Positions 25,000 through 38,085 of a stretch of 64,000 nucleotides of DNA are shown here, piece by piece. Under the pieces are notes generated by a model. That model did no database searches, was not told the DNA's origin, and worked only from the letters and a program-made list of their open reading frames with translations. The number at the start of each line of letters is the position of its first letter. The stretch's first letter is position 1. The position numbers and the translations under genes are program-made. The stretch covers positions 785,343 to 849,342 of the forward strand of contig NW_005434653.1 of NCBI RefSeq assembly GCF_000315625.1. Direction: 5' to 3'. The DNA is from Guillardia theta CCMP2712 (lineage: Eukaryota; Protista; Cryptophyta).

Positions 25000-26860
25000 A
25001 TGATGGTAAAGGTCATCTTTCCGATCTGAGACATCACTGATCAGATCTCTGCGCCTCCGCATGTCGGGTTCACTTCATCCACAGCCGAGTTGTCATCCCG
25101 CAGAGAGCTGCGATACTGCAGCCAGCTCGTCACGCGTCGGAGAGTCTAACGTGACCCGACAGCAGTCACCTTGTCAAGCAAGTCCTGTCGCACACGTGAG
25201 AGGAAGCAAGGCTGACGGCCCTCGACTCACTTCAGTCTCCCTCAGCTTCTTCTTCACTTGTACCAGCTCATCCTCCAAAGATTGTCTCGAGAGTCGAAGA
25301 TCCACTTCGGACTTTCTGGCCATCGCAAGCTCAGCGTCAGTCTCGTGACATCGACTCTTGAGATCTGTGAGAGTTTGAATATCCGCATATTGCGACTATT
25401 AAATACAATAAGCGTTAATGACAATGCTCGAATACAAGACACCTTTTTCAGAATTTCAATTTCCAATTCAAGAGCTTTCATCTTTTGCTCTCTTTTGGTT
25501 TCAGACTCTAGTCGATCTGTTTCTCGTTGTGCAATCAGGTCCATCAATTTGGAGATGGTCGCTGGCAAAGGAGTCAAGACATTCTTTTGCTCCTTGTGAC
25601 ATACTTTCTACTGCTGTCTCATCGTCTGCTGCTTTGTAGATTTGCTTCGAGAGATCCACTGGCAATGCAGATCAACATCGCAAGGACATCTAGAAGCAGA
25701 GTCACCAACAGCAGCCATGAGCTGATATTGGTAGAAGATTCGCCCGACGCTAGCAAAGTAAAGGATGGAGAATATGGAAGCTCCATTCGGCTTGATGACT
25801 TCGATCTGAATGCTTGACCCTAGGAAGCAGTCACGAGGCGACTTGATGGATATCGATCACGGCACCTTCTTGTGCCCCCCACAAGAGAGAGCTGCTGCTG
25901 GTTGCCGAGGCTTTCTTCTGAGCACGGCGTCAGTTACTTGTCGGTCTTGGGGGTCTTGTACCCCGTTGATCTTTGCGACGACATCGCCTCGCTGAAAGCT
26001 CTTGGTCTTGAATCTTGATCCACCCCTTAAGTCTCATTCCCTCCTCTTCCTCTCATGACTTACGCAGGGCTGCCGGGAATGATCGCTTCCACTTTGACTC
26101 CACGAGCAGTCTCTACTCCGAGGATCAAACCGACGGTAGTCTGCAGACAAGAGTCTTGGTCATGGCGTCAAGGTTTCCCTTGCCACTCACTGTGCTCTTG
26201 GACGAGCTGTCCACGTTCGACGAGCAGGCATGTGTCCCCGCGGCTTCTCCTGCCGTCTCCTCCTCCGGGAGAACACAACGTACCAGTCCAACAACTCGCA
26301 GCTGCGCGTTTGTGAACTCACAGCGAACCTGACGACATCGAGTCATACGACGAACTCATCCCTAACGTCATCACTGGCTCTTGCGATTGAGTGAGAAAAT
26401 CGACAAGACTTTCACTATCTTCCAACATCTTCGGATCTTGATTTCCAACCAAAGACAAGCTGCCAGACAGTGAGCTCCTCCTATTGTTTGCGTGTAGCAG
26501 ATTAAGTCACATGTCTCCGACTTGTAGAGCAGCAAGCTGTGATGATTGGTTGCTCAGATTGGTTTCAATGATCTTAGATATCTGCTCGAGTTGTCAACAT
26601 TCTCACGTCTCTGACGAAATGCTGAACCTTGACTGTCTTCGATCGGTCGCACGAAGTTTCAATCAGCAAATTGCTCTTGTATGCCATCAAAAGTCAGAAC
26701 CACGCAAAGAGAAACATGTCTGATGCCATCCTAAAGATGTTGCTGACCTCCCTCCTGTTGTCTACCTGCATGTTCTCGTCGAACACGCGCATTTTCACCG
26801 TCACAGCCGTCATTGCGACGGTGTCCGGCGTGTGGCGGTAGCGTACGGTTCTTGCTAGTA
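25000..26860 (-). CDS. Hypothetical multi-exon coiled-coil protein (approximate ends)
   Basis: Coding-like exons such as ISKLMDLIAQRETDRLESETKREQKMKALELEIEILKK separated by short introns. Confidence 0.45.
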
Positions 26861-27396
26861 GGAACATTCAAACGGAAAATAACCGTTTGAAGGGGTACAT
26901 TTCATGCTGATACAAGGGGTAGGGGTGTGACAGCTCTTCGGATGGATGACCTGGTGTACAAGAGGGAAATGGAGGGGTAGGGGTGGTCCACGTCATGCCA
27001 GGGAGGCAGGGCTAAGCTCTTGGCGACCAGGCACGCGTGTCCTGTCATTCTGTCAGAGATTGTGGTCCCTACTCTCCTACTCTCCTCCTCTCCTTCCTCC
27101 TCTTCTTCGCTGCTCCTCTCCTTCTCTCCTTCTCTCCTTCTCTCCTTCCTCCTCTTCTTCTCGGCTCCCGCTCTTCCTCCATATCTCTCGTGCACTAGGA
27201 CACTTTGCAGTCTCAGTCGTCGATCCTGCCTTGATCCTTCCACATCCCCAAGCCCCGAAGAAGAAAACCTTGGTCCAATTGCTTGCAGCAGGGGTACTTT
27301 CAACTACCTCCTGCTGATACAGCTCCTTCCCTCTTCCTGCCTCCGCCTTGCTTAGATTCTTCCTGTTCTTAATACGGTGCACACAACGGATCACAT

Positions 27397-28797
27397 GATG
27401 ACATTGCGTATCGGAGGAGTCGGGATGGCGAGAATCCTAGGCAGCAGTCTTATCCTCTTCACTATGCTGCAAAGCCTTGTCCTCATAGCCCATGCCCGAG
27501 AAGTGGCGGACCTGAACATCCCGCGGGGCTACACAGCGACGGACCCAACGCTGCGCAAGGCGATCACAGCATACAGGCAAGCTAGAGACCTGGACGAGCA
27601 GCTGAAGAAGAGCGAACGCTCTGTGCAGGCGCAGACGCGAGAGCTGAGAGACGAGCTGAAAAGATCGCATCCCACGTCGGCGCAGAGGAACAGCAAGGCA
27701 TACAAGCAGGAGGTCAAGATGGACGAGGACCTGCTCAACGAGGCGGAGCGCGAAACTCGCAAGGACAAGCGGCTAGTGCGCCAGTCAGAGGCAGAGATGC
27801 GTACAGACAAGTCATTCCTGGAGGCAGCCTACTCCAAGGACGTGAAGAGATATGGACCCAGCCGCTCGGACTGCCCCTCCATGAGCTGTCATCAAGCCAA
27901 GATGCTGGGAAGGAGCCCGGCGGCGTGCACGTCCTACTCGGATTGTCCGCGCATCAACTGCTTCGACTATCAGGAGTCTGGCGTCTGCTCTCGGGGGAGG
28001 ATCTGTGCGCGACCGCACAGACAGTCGGAGGGATGTTTCGTGAAGGAGAGAGTGCACCACTGGAGCCGGAAGAAGTGCCCAGGCATGCACTGTCTGCATG
28101 CCAAGAAATGGGGGTACCTTCCTCAGTTCTGCACGGTGACAGTAGACGAGGGTGTCTGTCCTTCCATCCGATGCCACGTGTACAAACAGGAGACGAGCTG
28201 TCAGGGCTCTGTTGATCAGGGATACTCACAGGGGCTAGTGTGCCAACGCCCTCAGGTTTGCTCTTCGGAGGTGTTGCGTCCAGTGAAGTTGTTGAATGCA
28301 GGGGGCAGATACTACTTGTCTCAAGGCAAATGCTGTTGGCAAGTACGTGAGGTCCAGGGATGCGCAAGTGAACACCGCTGGAGTAAGTCCGCTGCACAAC
28401 AGACATTCGGTGACAATGTTGTTGTTGTGGCTGTTGTTGTGGTTGTGGTTGTGGTTGTGGTTGTGGTTGTGGTTGTGGTCGTGGTCGTGGTCGTGGTTGT
28501 GGTTGTTGTTGGAGATGATGATGACAACGAGAGATTTGTGTTGAATGATTTTGTGCTGGACAGAGTATCTCAGAATGGTCCACACCCAAGTACGTGGAGA
28601 ACAGGATGGGAATCCTAATCCTCCTCCTCTTCTTGTCATGCTCAGGTTGCTGCATTCCCGGTTCAGCATTTTGGGCTGACCGTACCGTTGCTCTCCTTGC
28701 AGCTGCTGGAGCGTTCATCCTCTTCCGCAGGAATGCACGCAAGTTAGCCAAGGGGAAACGTCCTCCCCCTGTGCCCTCCTACTTCGGCAGGTTGTGA
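27397..28797 (+). CDS. Type I membrane/secreted protein: coiled coil, two Cys-rich repeats, C-terminal TM
   Basis: Signal-like N-terminus; CPSMSCHQAK..CPRINC / CPGMHCLHAK..CPSIRC; tail TVALLAAAGAFILFRRNARK. Confidence 0.6.
28417..28510. repeat. (GTT/GTG)n microsatellite, probably intronic
   Basis: Direct inspection. Confidence 0.85.
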
Positions 28798-29034
28798 GTC
28801 CTAGATCTTTCACGAATAAACTCAAACGTGTATCATGATGATGCTTTGATTCCTTCTCAACTGGCAGTTGTACACACAACCATCACCTGACTGACAACTG
28901 GTAAAGGCAGCACCGGGACTTCCAGTCTGACTGAAGACTATCGGGGCGGGCTCGGACAGGGGCTCGGGAGGGAAGGGCAGGAGCGAGGGAGTTTGTGGAG
29001 CAGGCAACCGCAAGGGGCAACAAGCGAAAACATG

Positions 29035-29212
29035 GAGATGCGAGGAGAGGAGAACATGGGATGCGAGGAGAGGAGAACATGGGAGAGGAGAGGAGAACAT
29101 GGGAGAGGAGAGGAGATCATGGGAGAGGAGAGGAGATCATGGGAGAGGAGAGGAGATCATGGGAGAGGAGAGGAGATCATGGGAGAGGAGAGGAGATCAT
29201 GGGAGAGGAGAA
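29035..29212. repeat. 20-bp tandem repeat GGGAGAGGAGAGGAGATCAT
   Basis: About 8 copies. Confidence 0.9.
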
Positions 29213-29360
29213 CGTTGGGGAGGAGAGCGGGGGAGAGGAGATACCGAGGCATGCATGTACTTGTTCAGCTTACGAGGGCTTGAGCGTTCATGGTATGGGA
29301 GTTGTTGACTTCATGGCAGGTCCAAGCAAATGGAGGAGGCGCAAGGACTGAAGGCGAGGA

Positions 29361-31935
29361 ATGCGGATAAGTGAGGAGAGACAGTGTTGTTCTGCTTCTA
29401 ACAGTTTGATGGAAGGAACGTCGCTGTTCAGGGAGTCATTCCCGGCAACATCTTCAAAGATCTTGGTATGCTCGCATGCCGCTGATTGGTTTTACTCACT
29501 CGCCTCAGATATGCTGGAGCTTCACTTTCAAGGCTTGGAGGTGTTCCAGAGCGAGTGGACTGTTGATGAAGACATGTACACCATCCCTCCCTCCCTCCCT
29601 CCCTCCCTCCTTCCTGCCCTGACCCTCCCCTTTTCAAGCATTGTGAACCTTGTTCAGGTTTGTTTTGAAGCATTTTGGCATGAAGAAGACAGCAGCGGCG
29701 AAAATAGAAAACCTTTACAATGGTGCTATCCAAGAGATTGCTGACTGTAGACTGCTGATATTCGTGTCAGGGATGATACACAAACTGCAATACACGTTCA
29801 CCAAGGAAGGAGTGTCCGTGGATGACCTGAAGAAACGATTTGAGGACCTGTCGAACCCGCAGCAGGCGAACCGATCGGAGCTGATCAAGATGTTCCTTCA
29901 GACGGAAAGCAGGGCGGAGCGAGAGGCGGTGGGAACCTTGCAAGAGCTGAAGACGCAGGACTCCTTGTCCAATAAGAGTGCGGAGGACAGCTTCTCGTCC
30001 AAGGACGCGACCATTGAGGTGCGGGTGGTAGGAGACCGCCCAGAGCCTCAAATCGTCATGGCAAAGCGAAAGCCTCTCCTTGATCAAAGCGATTTCTTCC
30101 GAACTAGAACCGCCAGCATCGATCTCCCGAACTCTCCAGCAGTTGTCGAGCTAGATGTCAACGACACGAACTTGAAGGCTGTAAAACCATTCCAGGTCTT
30201 ATCCAGCAACATCCTCGAACGAGTTTTCAAGGTCTGCGAAAATCCGCAAATCGTTGAGAAGGCGCAAGTCTTGGAAGATGAATTGAGGGAGCTCAAGGAA
30301 AGGATTGACAACAAATACGACGACAATCTCAAGGGACTGCATAGACGACGAGAAGAGTGGGTGGCGAAGGCGAAGCTGAAGCTAGTGGACGAGAAGGAAA
30401 GTCTCGTGAAGGAGAACGAGATAGAATTTCAAGAGTACATCTCCAACATCAAAAACGCGTTTGACCGAAGGCTGGAAAAAGCCCTCGCTCTGCGAGAACG
30501 GCAGTATCAGAAGCACTTGGACGACATCCAGCTTTTCTTCTCGACCGAGGAAGAGTTGTTGAGAAGCTGGACGCAACGAGTGAAAATCATTGAAGGAGAG
30601 CGCGCGAACAATGAACTGACAGCTTACAAGAATCTGATTGCTGAAATATTTGACAAGGACGTCACGTTGAAGCTCGCTTTAGCAGCGAGCTTGTTCCAGA
30701 TCAGTGCTCTAGAAGACGCTTGCAAGTCTCTGGTGTCAAAGAACTTCATGGATTACATCGACTGCAAAGAGTGGTCTTCTGACTTGATTAAGGAGAAATA
30801 TCATCGTGAGTTGCTCCCAGCTTTGAGCACATGGGAGATTCTGGAACTGCAAAGACTTGAACCACCCCAATCTTGGTTGCACAAAGACTTTCTCAAGAGC
30901 GAAATTGCTCAACGGAGAAAAATCATCCGACAAGAGCTGGAGGAGATGAACAATCGAGAGTTGCATGCTATCACTGAATCAAATCATCCCTTCCCGGACC
31001 TGGTGGAGGCAGCCGTCAGCAAGCGAAATTCTTCTCGGTCGAAGTTTCTGCTCGTCTGTCTCGCACTGACATTCTTTCAGGGGCATGGGCGCTCTGAACG
31101 CGTCCTTGAAGTGCGCGCACATTCGCCTGTCCAACTCCAACTCAACTGTCTCGGTCATTCACCCGCAGAGGTTTGCGCCAGTGCAGGGCATTGTTCATGT
31201 GGTCTGTGGCTCCTGGGGGCGACCCTATTACGAGGTCACCATTGACCACCTTGACGCTGCCTTCGGCTCCACCTGTGCGGTCGGATGGGACTTGAAGAGA
31301 GAGTCCCTTGCCAACTTCCCTATCGCCGGACTGACGTGCGGGGAGGACGGAGTGTCGTACGGGGTGTCAATCCAGAACGACGGGTTCGTGAATGCCAGAG
31401 GAAAGGTTCGTATCAAGCCCATGCCTTGCAACATGCTCATCGCTGCTGCTTGCCAGGCGGAGTTTGTCGGCTTCTCGTTCCATCAGAACTCAGTAGTGGG
31501 GTGTGGCCTCGACCTCGCCAACAGTCGCGCTGTGTTCGTCGTGAATGGAAAGACCATCGACCTGTCGGCTGCTCAGGAGGTTTTAGCTGAGGCGGGCTGT
31601 CTGTTCTCTTGATTGAGTTGAAGCAGGAAGACATGAGACTACAAGCTAACTGCGCTTTCGTTCCTGCTGCCACCATCTTTGCCGCTCGGCTGAATTCACA
31701 GGTGTACCTGCTTGCTTCCATCCCTCGGCCCTGCTCCCTTCCACCCCTCCCTCTCTCCCTCCCTTCCCCCCTCTTTCCCTCCCTCCCACCCCCCTCCACT
31801 CTCTCCATCCTTCCCTCCCTCCCTATCTGCCTTGGTTTTGGCTTCTTTCAGCTCCTGAGCAAATCATCATGCTGCTTCAGTGTCAAGTCACCTTCAACTT
31901 CACTGGACCTTTCAAGTTCGAGCAATTCTTCAAGG
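29361..31935 (+). CDS. Coiled-coil protein with C-terminal SPRY domain (ends approximate)
   Basis: 531-aa coiled-coil ORF followed by YYEVTI..CAVGW..GEDGVSYG..VVGCGLDLANSRAVFVVNGK. Confidence 0.75.
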
Positions 31936-32099
31936 ATGGTCGATGGAGCGCGCTTGCTGACTCGAAGAGCAAGGATGTATAGCATATGTACATTGTTTCT
32001 CTTAGTGTGTAGTGTAAGGTGTACAGTCAATTTATGATACACGTATCTATATTTCTTGATACATACTGACAAGTAAAATCCTTGAACTTAAACAAGACA

Positions 32100-33680
32100 G
32101 ATTTTTGTTGGACTCGATGAGACTTCTTCATCATGATACGACTCGTTCAAATGATCATTCATCAGGCGCCGATGCAGAAGCACCTTCTGCTTGTACTGCA
32201 TCAGGAGATTTTCATGCAAGCTGCTTATGAAGTCAGACTCGTCCTCGAACCGCATCGTCAGCACACCTTCCGTTCACGGACTCGCTTCGACTCTTATCCG
32301 ACGGGAGGTCGTTGGAGGGCGAGTTGAAGTGAACGCCTGCTGCAGGAGTCAAGCTCGCATGCTCGTGCCGAGAGGCGTTACAAGAGGCGTTACCGCTCGC
32401 GATGCTCTCTCCCTTGCCAGGGGATGGAGATTCAGAGATGACACTGGGAGGGTCCTGCCAGCCGAGGGAAGCGAGCGAACAAGCTTCGGAGGACATAGAC
32501 CAGGGGCTCCAGCCCTCTCCGACGCTTGCTCGGACCCTGAAGGAGTAGACAGCCTCCTAGGCGACAGTCAAGGTTCGGTCAGGCCTCTCTCTCCGCCCTC
32601 CTCCTCACCTCACGAACAGGAATGCAGTGAGACGTGTCCCTCAGCGAGTTGCTTACCAACACCCAGTTCCCCCTTCCACCAACTAGTCATCGTCCCAACA
32701 GGAGCGGAGGGAGAACTCACCAGCACGAGGCTCTCGCGTCTTTGAACCGATACTGAAGCTCGTACAGCTGAGCGCTTCTTAGCGGGTTCCACCGGATGCT
32801 GATGCTGCTGTCTTCTCTCAAGAATGTGTGTATCGATGGAGCAGACGAGGCAAGAGACGGTTGGAGGTTCTGAATCTCCCAACCTTTGCTGTCAACGCGA
32901 TCATCGCTGTGCTGTGAGTCTTTCAACTCCGATGAGACTGCGTGAGAGTGTCTTGAGGTTTTAGATGTATCAAGAGAACCATCATGTCTGTTTGATTGCC
33001 CTGACTTTCTATCTGGGCTTCTTCTTGAATCTTGACTTCGATCTCTCGTCGCATTCAGTTGTCTCCTCATTGCGCTGAGCCACCAATAATGAAACACACG
33101 TCTTCGTTGAGATCTCACCATCCTAGCTGACAGGGCCGCTAGTATTTTACTCTGAAAGTCCTTAGGGGAGAAAGTCTGAAAGGAAAGAAGTCAAGAGAAT
33201 CGAGAGGAGAACCGGGTCTTACACTTGCATCAGGTTTGTTCGTCCTCGATTCACGTCTTCGCACCTCCTGCTCACTTTGCCATCCCATCCAAGCAAGCAG
33301 AGCTGTTCTCACCAACATCATCTCTCGATGCCATGTGAACAGGACCAATGTTTTCCTCTTCTTCGTTTGAATACGATAAAATCTCTGCCAAAATGACAGG
33401 CAAATTTTCATGAGTACCTGGCTGCATGGCTCTGAAAAGCACATGCCCAAGTTCCGTTGGTGGCTAACAGCCATCCATGCTCTCCGCATTAGCCTCGAGA
33501 CATGAAGCGTAGCAGAGAATCGATCAAGCATGTTCAGATAAACTTGTGACAAACTTCTGTTTTCTTTTCTTTCCCTCATCTCTACCTACTGAAAGCTCCT
33601 AACAAAAGTCATGGTAAGCAACAACCAACATTGGCGGAAGAAAACAGGAAAGAATACAGCGAGCTACTCAATATAATGGC
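32100..33680 (-). CDS. Hypothetical protein with Sfi1-like Trp helices and an FN3-like domain (ends approximate)
   Basis: LSFWQRF / ALLAWMGW / VFHYWW helices; SSISIRWNPLRSAQLYELQYR is FN3-like. Confidence 0.45.
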
Positions 33681-33926
33681 AACCTTGAATGAGATTGATC
33701 TTCATAGATTGTGAATGCCGTTCTGTCTGTCTTCCCATCACTAGATCCATCTCACACCTCTACATGTTGTCAAGATCCGTGAGGAGTCGAAATCATCGCG
33801 CCCTCTTTCCCTCTCCCCCACTCCCCACCCGCCTCCCCCCCGCCGCTGCCAGGCTTAGAGTTTGAGGGTTTCTTTGAAAGTTCGCTCTCCTCTACTATCC
33901 TGCCTCGGATCCTTTTCTCTTTATAT

Positions 33927-34160
33927 TCTGTTCTCCTGTTCTCCTGTTCTCCTGTTCTCCTGTTCTCCTGTTCTCCTGTTCTCCTGTTCTCCTGTTCTCC
34001 TGTTCTCCTGTTCTCCTGTTCTCCTGCTGCACTCTTCTGTTCTTCTGTTCTTCTGTTCTCCTGTTCTCCTGTTCTCCTGTTCTCCTGCTCGACTCTTCTG
34101 TTCTTCTGTTCTCCTGCTCGACTCTTCTGTTCTTCTGTTCTCCTGCTCTTCTGTTCTTCT
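33927..34160. repeat. 8-bp tandem repeat (TGTTCTCC)n
   Basis: Direct inspection. Confidence 0.9.
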
Positions 34161-34703
34161 TCCGCATGTCCGACTCAAGCTCCTTGCCGGAGGCTGCTCT
34201 GCCGCTGTTCTCCTCGTTCACCCGCCCATTTCGAGTCATGCTCAGCATCGGAGGTCAGGTTACAGTCGGGGAGGGCAACCAGGGGAGGAGGTAGGGGTAG
34301 GTGTTGATCAGTCATTAGGTAGGGTGGGGTACTGGATGATGGGAGGGTGGGTCGTTTCAATGAGAAACATCCGAGGAAGTGAGGCGGGCTCAGAGTTGAT
34401 TCTATGTAGAGGGTTGATGGCGGTCAAAGTGAAGGGGCATCATGGCAAGATGTAGATGAAGCAGTAGCGCAACAAGACGAGCGGAGCCATGATGCAGTCA
34501 GTGATGAACTAGTCCGACAAGAGAAGGCAAGATGGACCATGGAGGACAGGAAGAACCCCACCAGTGCGGTCAGTCGCGAAGACCAAGGATAAAAGATGGA
34601 GCCAGGAGAGAGAGAGTGAGATTGACTGTTGAGCAAATTTTAAGGCACTGCATCTCATAACTTTCATTTGTTACAGTGCTACTTCGGAGATTTGAGTGCC
34701 GGC

Positions 34704-37700
34704 ATGTCTGTTTGGCAACGTTGTCTCCTCATAGGCTTGGCACTTTCTTCACTCATCTCAACGCGAGCGCTTGACATTGCATCCGTGGATATCTCATGGA
34801 GTACCTGCAACTCTGGATTCTATGACCCCGCCTTCCCGCAAGTGTGTCAACAAGATCGATACAATCCTTTACATGTTGCGGTACGCCATGGCTGCGTCTC
34901 AAGCTTGTATGACATGTGTTGATAGGTCACGGTCTCGACCGTATGGTGGAACATGTACCTGAAGGCTAGTCAAGGTCGCACGGAGCTGCAGTCACAGGGG
35001 CCAGGGCGATATCTCCCACAGAACCAATCCTTGTTCCTCCGCAGCATGTTCGACGCGTTCAAGCAGGAGATTGGCTGGAGGCATGTCGACGGGCAGATGG
35101 AGCTGGTGCCCTACGAGTATCTAGGGCAGCAGGAGGGAGAAGGCTACAACTTCCATGTGGACCATGTTCAGCGAGACGCTTCCGGCATTCTACACCATGT
35201 GGCCTCGCACTTCACTTTCTCCTTCATGGCTCCAAGCTCAGGAGACTACGAGCTGGTATTTCAAGGATGCTGTCGCTGGCCTGAGCTTGCAAATATTCCC
35301 AGAGTTCTTTTCCCCCAGCAGGTTCCTTGGCAGGTTCGCGCAAGAGCAATGCTCTCGAGCATGACCCCCGTCCCCGTCATGTCGCCAAGAGCGTCAGTCC
35401 CGATCATTCAGATGCGGTTGAGATCAGGAGGTACCCGAGCCTTCATGTTTCGATCAAAATCCGGTCTTGTTCACGTGCCAATCATTTGCGTACCTTGACG
35501 ACTTAAACCAGGCTCAACTCTTAAATCTGTGCTGAGCGATGCTGACGTCAGCGGAAAATACGTCGAGTTGCCATTGAAGCTGCATATCGATTCCACTATT
35601 ACAATCAGGAAGGCGGGCAGCTATTCTGCATTTGTCCGTGAAGATGGAATGTTCTCTATTCTCTGGCTGGAATCCTCTAGTGATAGATTCTTGCTTCCTT
35701 ACAACGGTACATCCCTCTCCCGCGCTTCCCCTGCCCACTGAATCTCCTCGACAGGTGCTTGGGCGACTGGCGCGTGTTGGGTGGTCGCACGTGGAAATGC
35801 GTCGAATTTCATCGACCGCATGCCGTCATACCAGCAGAACTATCCTCACGTCGAGGGTATCGGTGGCGTCTGGGATTCGAGCTATGGCGACTTGCGGTAC
35901 TTGGGCCCGTCATGGCGGCCAGAAGCAGTTTCCCTTGCGCACAGCGGAGCGATGTGCCACGTGCAATACGACAACGCGTTTCAAGTCGATGCGTACATTC
36001 CCTTCAATAAGTTTGCGGGTGACCTGAGCTTTCATCTGGTGGACGCAAGCTCCTTGGGCTCCTTGTACCCCTACCAGGTCTGCCACCCCTGTCCCTGCTG
36101 GCCCTTTGACTCTCACACTAGCAATTCGCCCAATTCCCGCTGAGCCAAGTGTCCGGGTTGTACCTGGACCCTGCGGTCGGAGTCCTCTATGTCCCTCCCT
36201 CGGCCTTGCAGCTGTGCACAAGCGCGAGCGAACTTGAGCAAGCGAAAGGAGCGTTTCTCTCCTGGCTGCCTCCATGCGCCTTCACCGTCGGGGTAGAAGT
36301 TCGCAGGTGAGGAGAGACTCAGGCTCTTTTGCTCTGACTGGCTCAATTTGTCGGTGCCTCGACAGCTCCATGGGCTCTACTCCTGTTGAGATTTTTGTGG
36401 AGGTTGTACAGGAGGTGAACTATGTTTCACCGCAGCTGGACATGCTGGTCGGATCCAGGTGACAACGATAGCTCTGGAGCAGGTCTGTGACCTGTTGATC
36501 CACTCAGCTCTGCCTGGAACCTCCACTCGAGTCCCTCAAACCCCTACAAGCTCAACTGCCTCGACCAGGTCAGCGTCACGTTCAAAGTAGGAATGCCGCT
36601 GGCCTCCGCTCTCACGGCCTCGTCGCTGCCTGTCAAGATGGATGTGTACCTCACATCATGGAACCCGAGGTGACCTGTCCCTTTCTCTCTCCCTCCTCCC
36701 TCCTTTCTCCTCCCTCCCTCCCTCCCTCCCTCCTCCCTCTTCCTTTTCCGTCTCCTTTTGAAGTTTAAATCTGCTTTACACCACACATGTTTTACCTTTT
36801 GTCCCCAATACCCCGTCTTGTGTCGACCTCTTCTTCCTTTTCTTTGTCGCTGACATTGCTTCTTCAGCTTTGCCATAAACCTGCTTGACCCGACTGTTGT
36901 GCGCAATCAAGACCTTCTGAACGGCAACGGGCAGGCTGTCTTGACGCTCACGCCCATTTGCTCCAAGGTTCTGGACCAGCAGTCTGCCATGCTCTGCGCG
37001 CAGGTTTTTCTGTCGGTCAACAGCACAGCTTGTCAAATTGAAGGAGCGACCGAGGGACGTTGCTTGGCTACTTCTCTTCCTACCTCCTGCCTCTTTCTCA
37101 CAGTCGTCAACGCTACTGCCGTCCTGCACCCTCTTGCTGCTCCGGCGCCTCCTCCACCTCCTCCGCCTCCTCCTCCTGTGCAGAACGCGATCAAGCTGGT
37201 GGATTTCAACCCGGTGGCTCCGGCTCCCTTCGACTACATCCATGTCCTCAACGTTGCCGGGCTAGCGCAGCTGAATCGACGAGTGAAAGAGTCATTCCTC
37301 GTTGCTTTCTCCTCCTCAGCCTGACCTGATTCTAGGGGCTTCGTCTACCTCCAGTTCACACAGGATGTTGACACGCTTGACTTTGGTATCGCCAAGAAGA
37401 AGTTCAACCCGGCCTACTCGTGCCTGTGTGCTGGTGCCCGCGATCTTGTGCTGCAAAGGTGACAAGCTTCTCCGATGCTTCTTGCATCCTCCACAATTAT
37501 CATCCCCCCACACGCCCCTCCTCCCCTCCACCCTTTTCCTTCGTTGCTCGCTCGGGCTTCCCATCGCTGTCCTTACTCACGTTCCCAGGACGCTCATCGA
37601 CAAGTGGAATCAGGATTACAACTCGCTGGATTCCCCGTACAGGTGAGCAGAGGGCGGAGGAGGCGCGAGGAGGCACCGACGCTTGTCCTAGGGGCGTCCA

Positions 37701-37989
37701 TACCAACTTGGGCTACACGGACCTCATGAAGTCGGTGAGCTATCAGGGGACAAACTACCAGTGGAACTGCGTCAAGGTCTTTCCTCCTCCTAATTCTGCT
37801 CCTCCTTTCTATTGCCAGCCCCCTCACCTCCTCGTCCTCTTCCTCCCCTACTTCTCCTGACACGCCCACCAGCCCCTGGAGTACAGCTCGCCGCTGGTGT
37901 GGAACCTGCAGGACGCGAGCCAGAACCAGTACAAGCTGTTTGACTGCGTGCTCTGCTGGAAGGACGCGTCTCAGTCGCTCGGGTGCTGA
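34704..37989 (+). CDS. Large secreted multi-exon protein of unknown function
   Basis: Signal peptide MSVWQRCLLIGLALSSLISTRA; FQGCCRWPELANI motif; poly-Pro linker; ends ..KDASQSLGC*. Confidence 0.6.
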
Positions 37990-38085
37990 TTACACAGGAG
38001 GAGAGCCGCAGGCAAAGGAAAGAAGCGGAGGAACAAAAGGTCGACAAAAGCAGGAGCTTACAGTTGTACATAGTTGATAGATCCG

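Noticed and set aside
33862-34455. Repetitive ORFs (LFSCSPVL / ENRRTGEQ)
   Set aside because: Derived from the 8-bp tandem repeat
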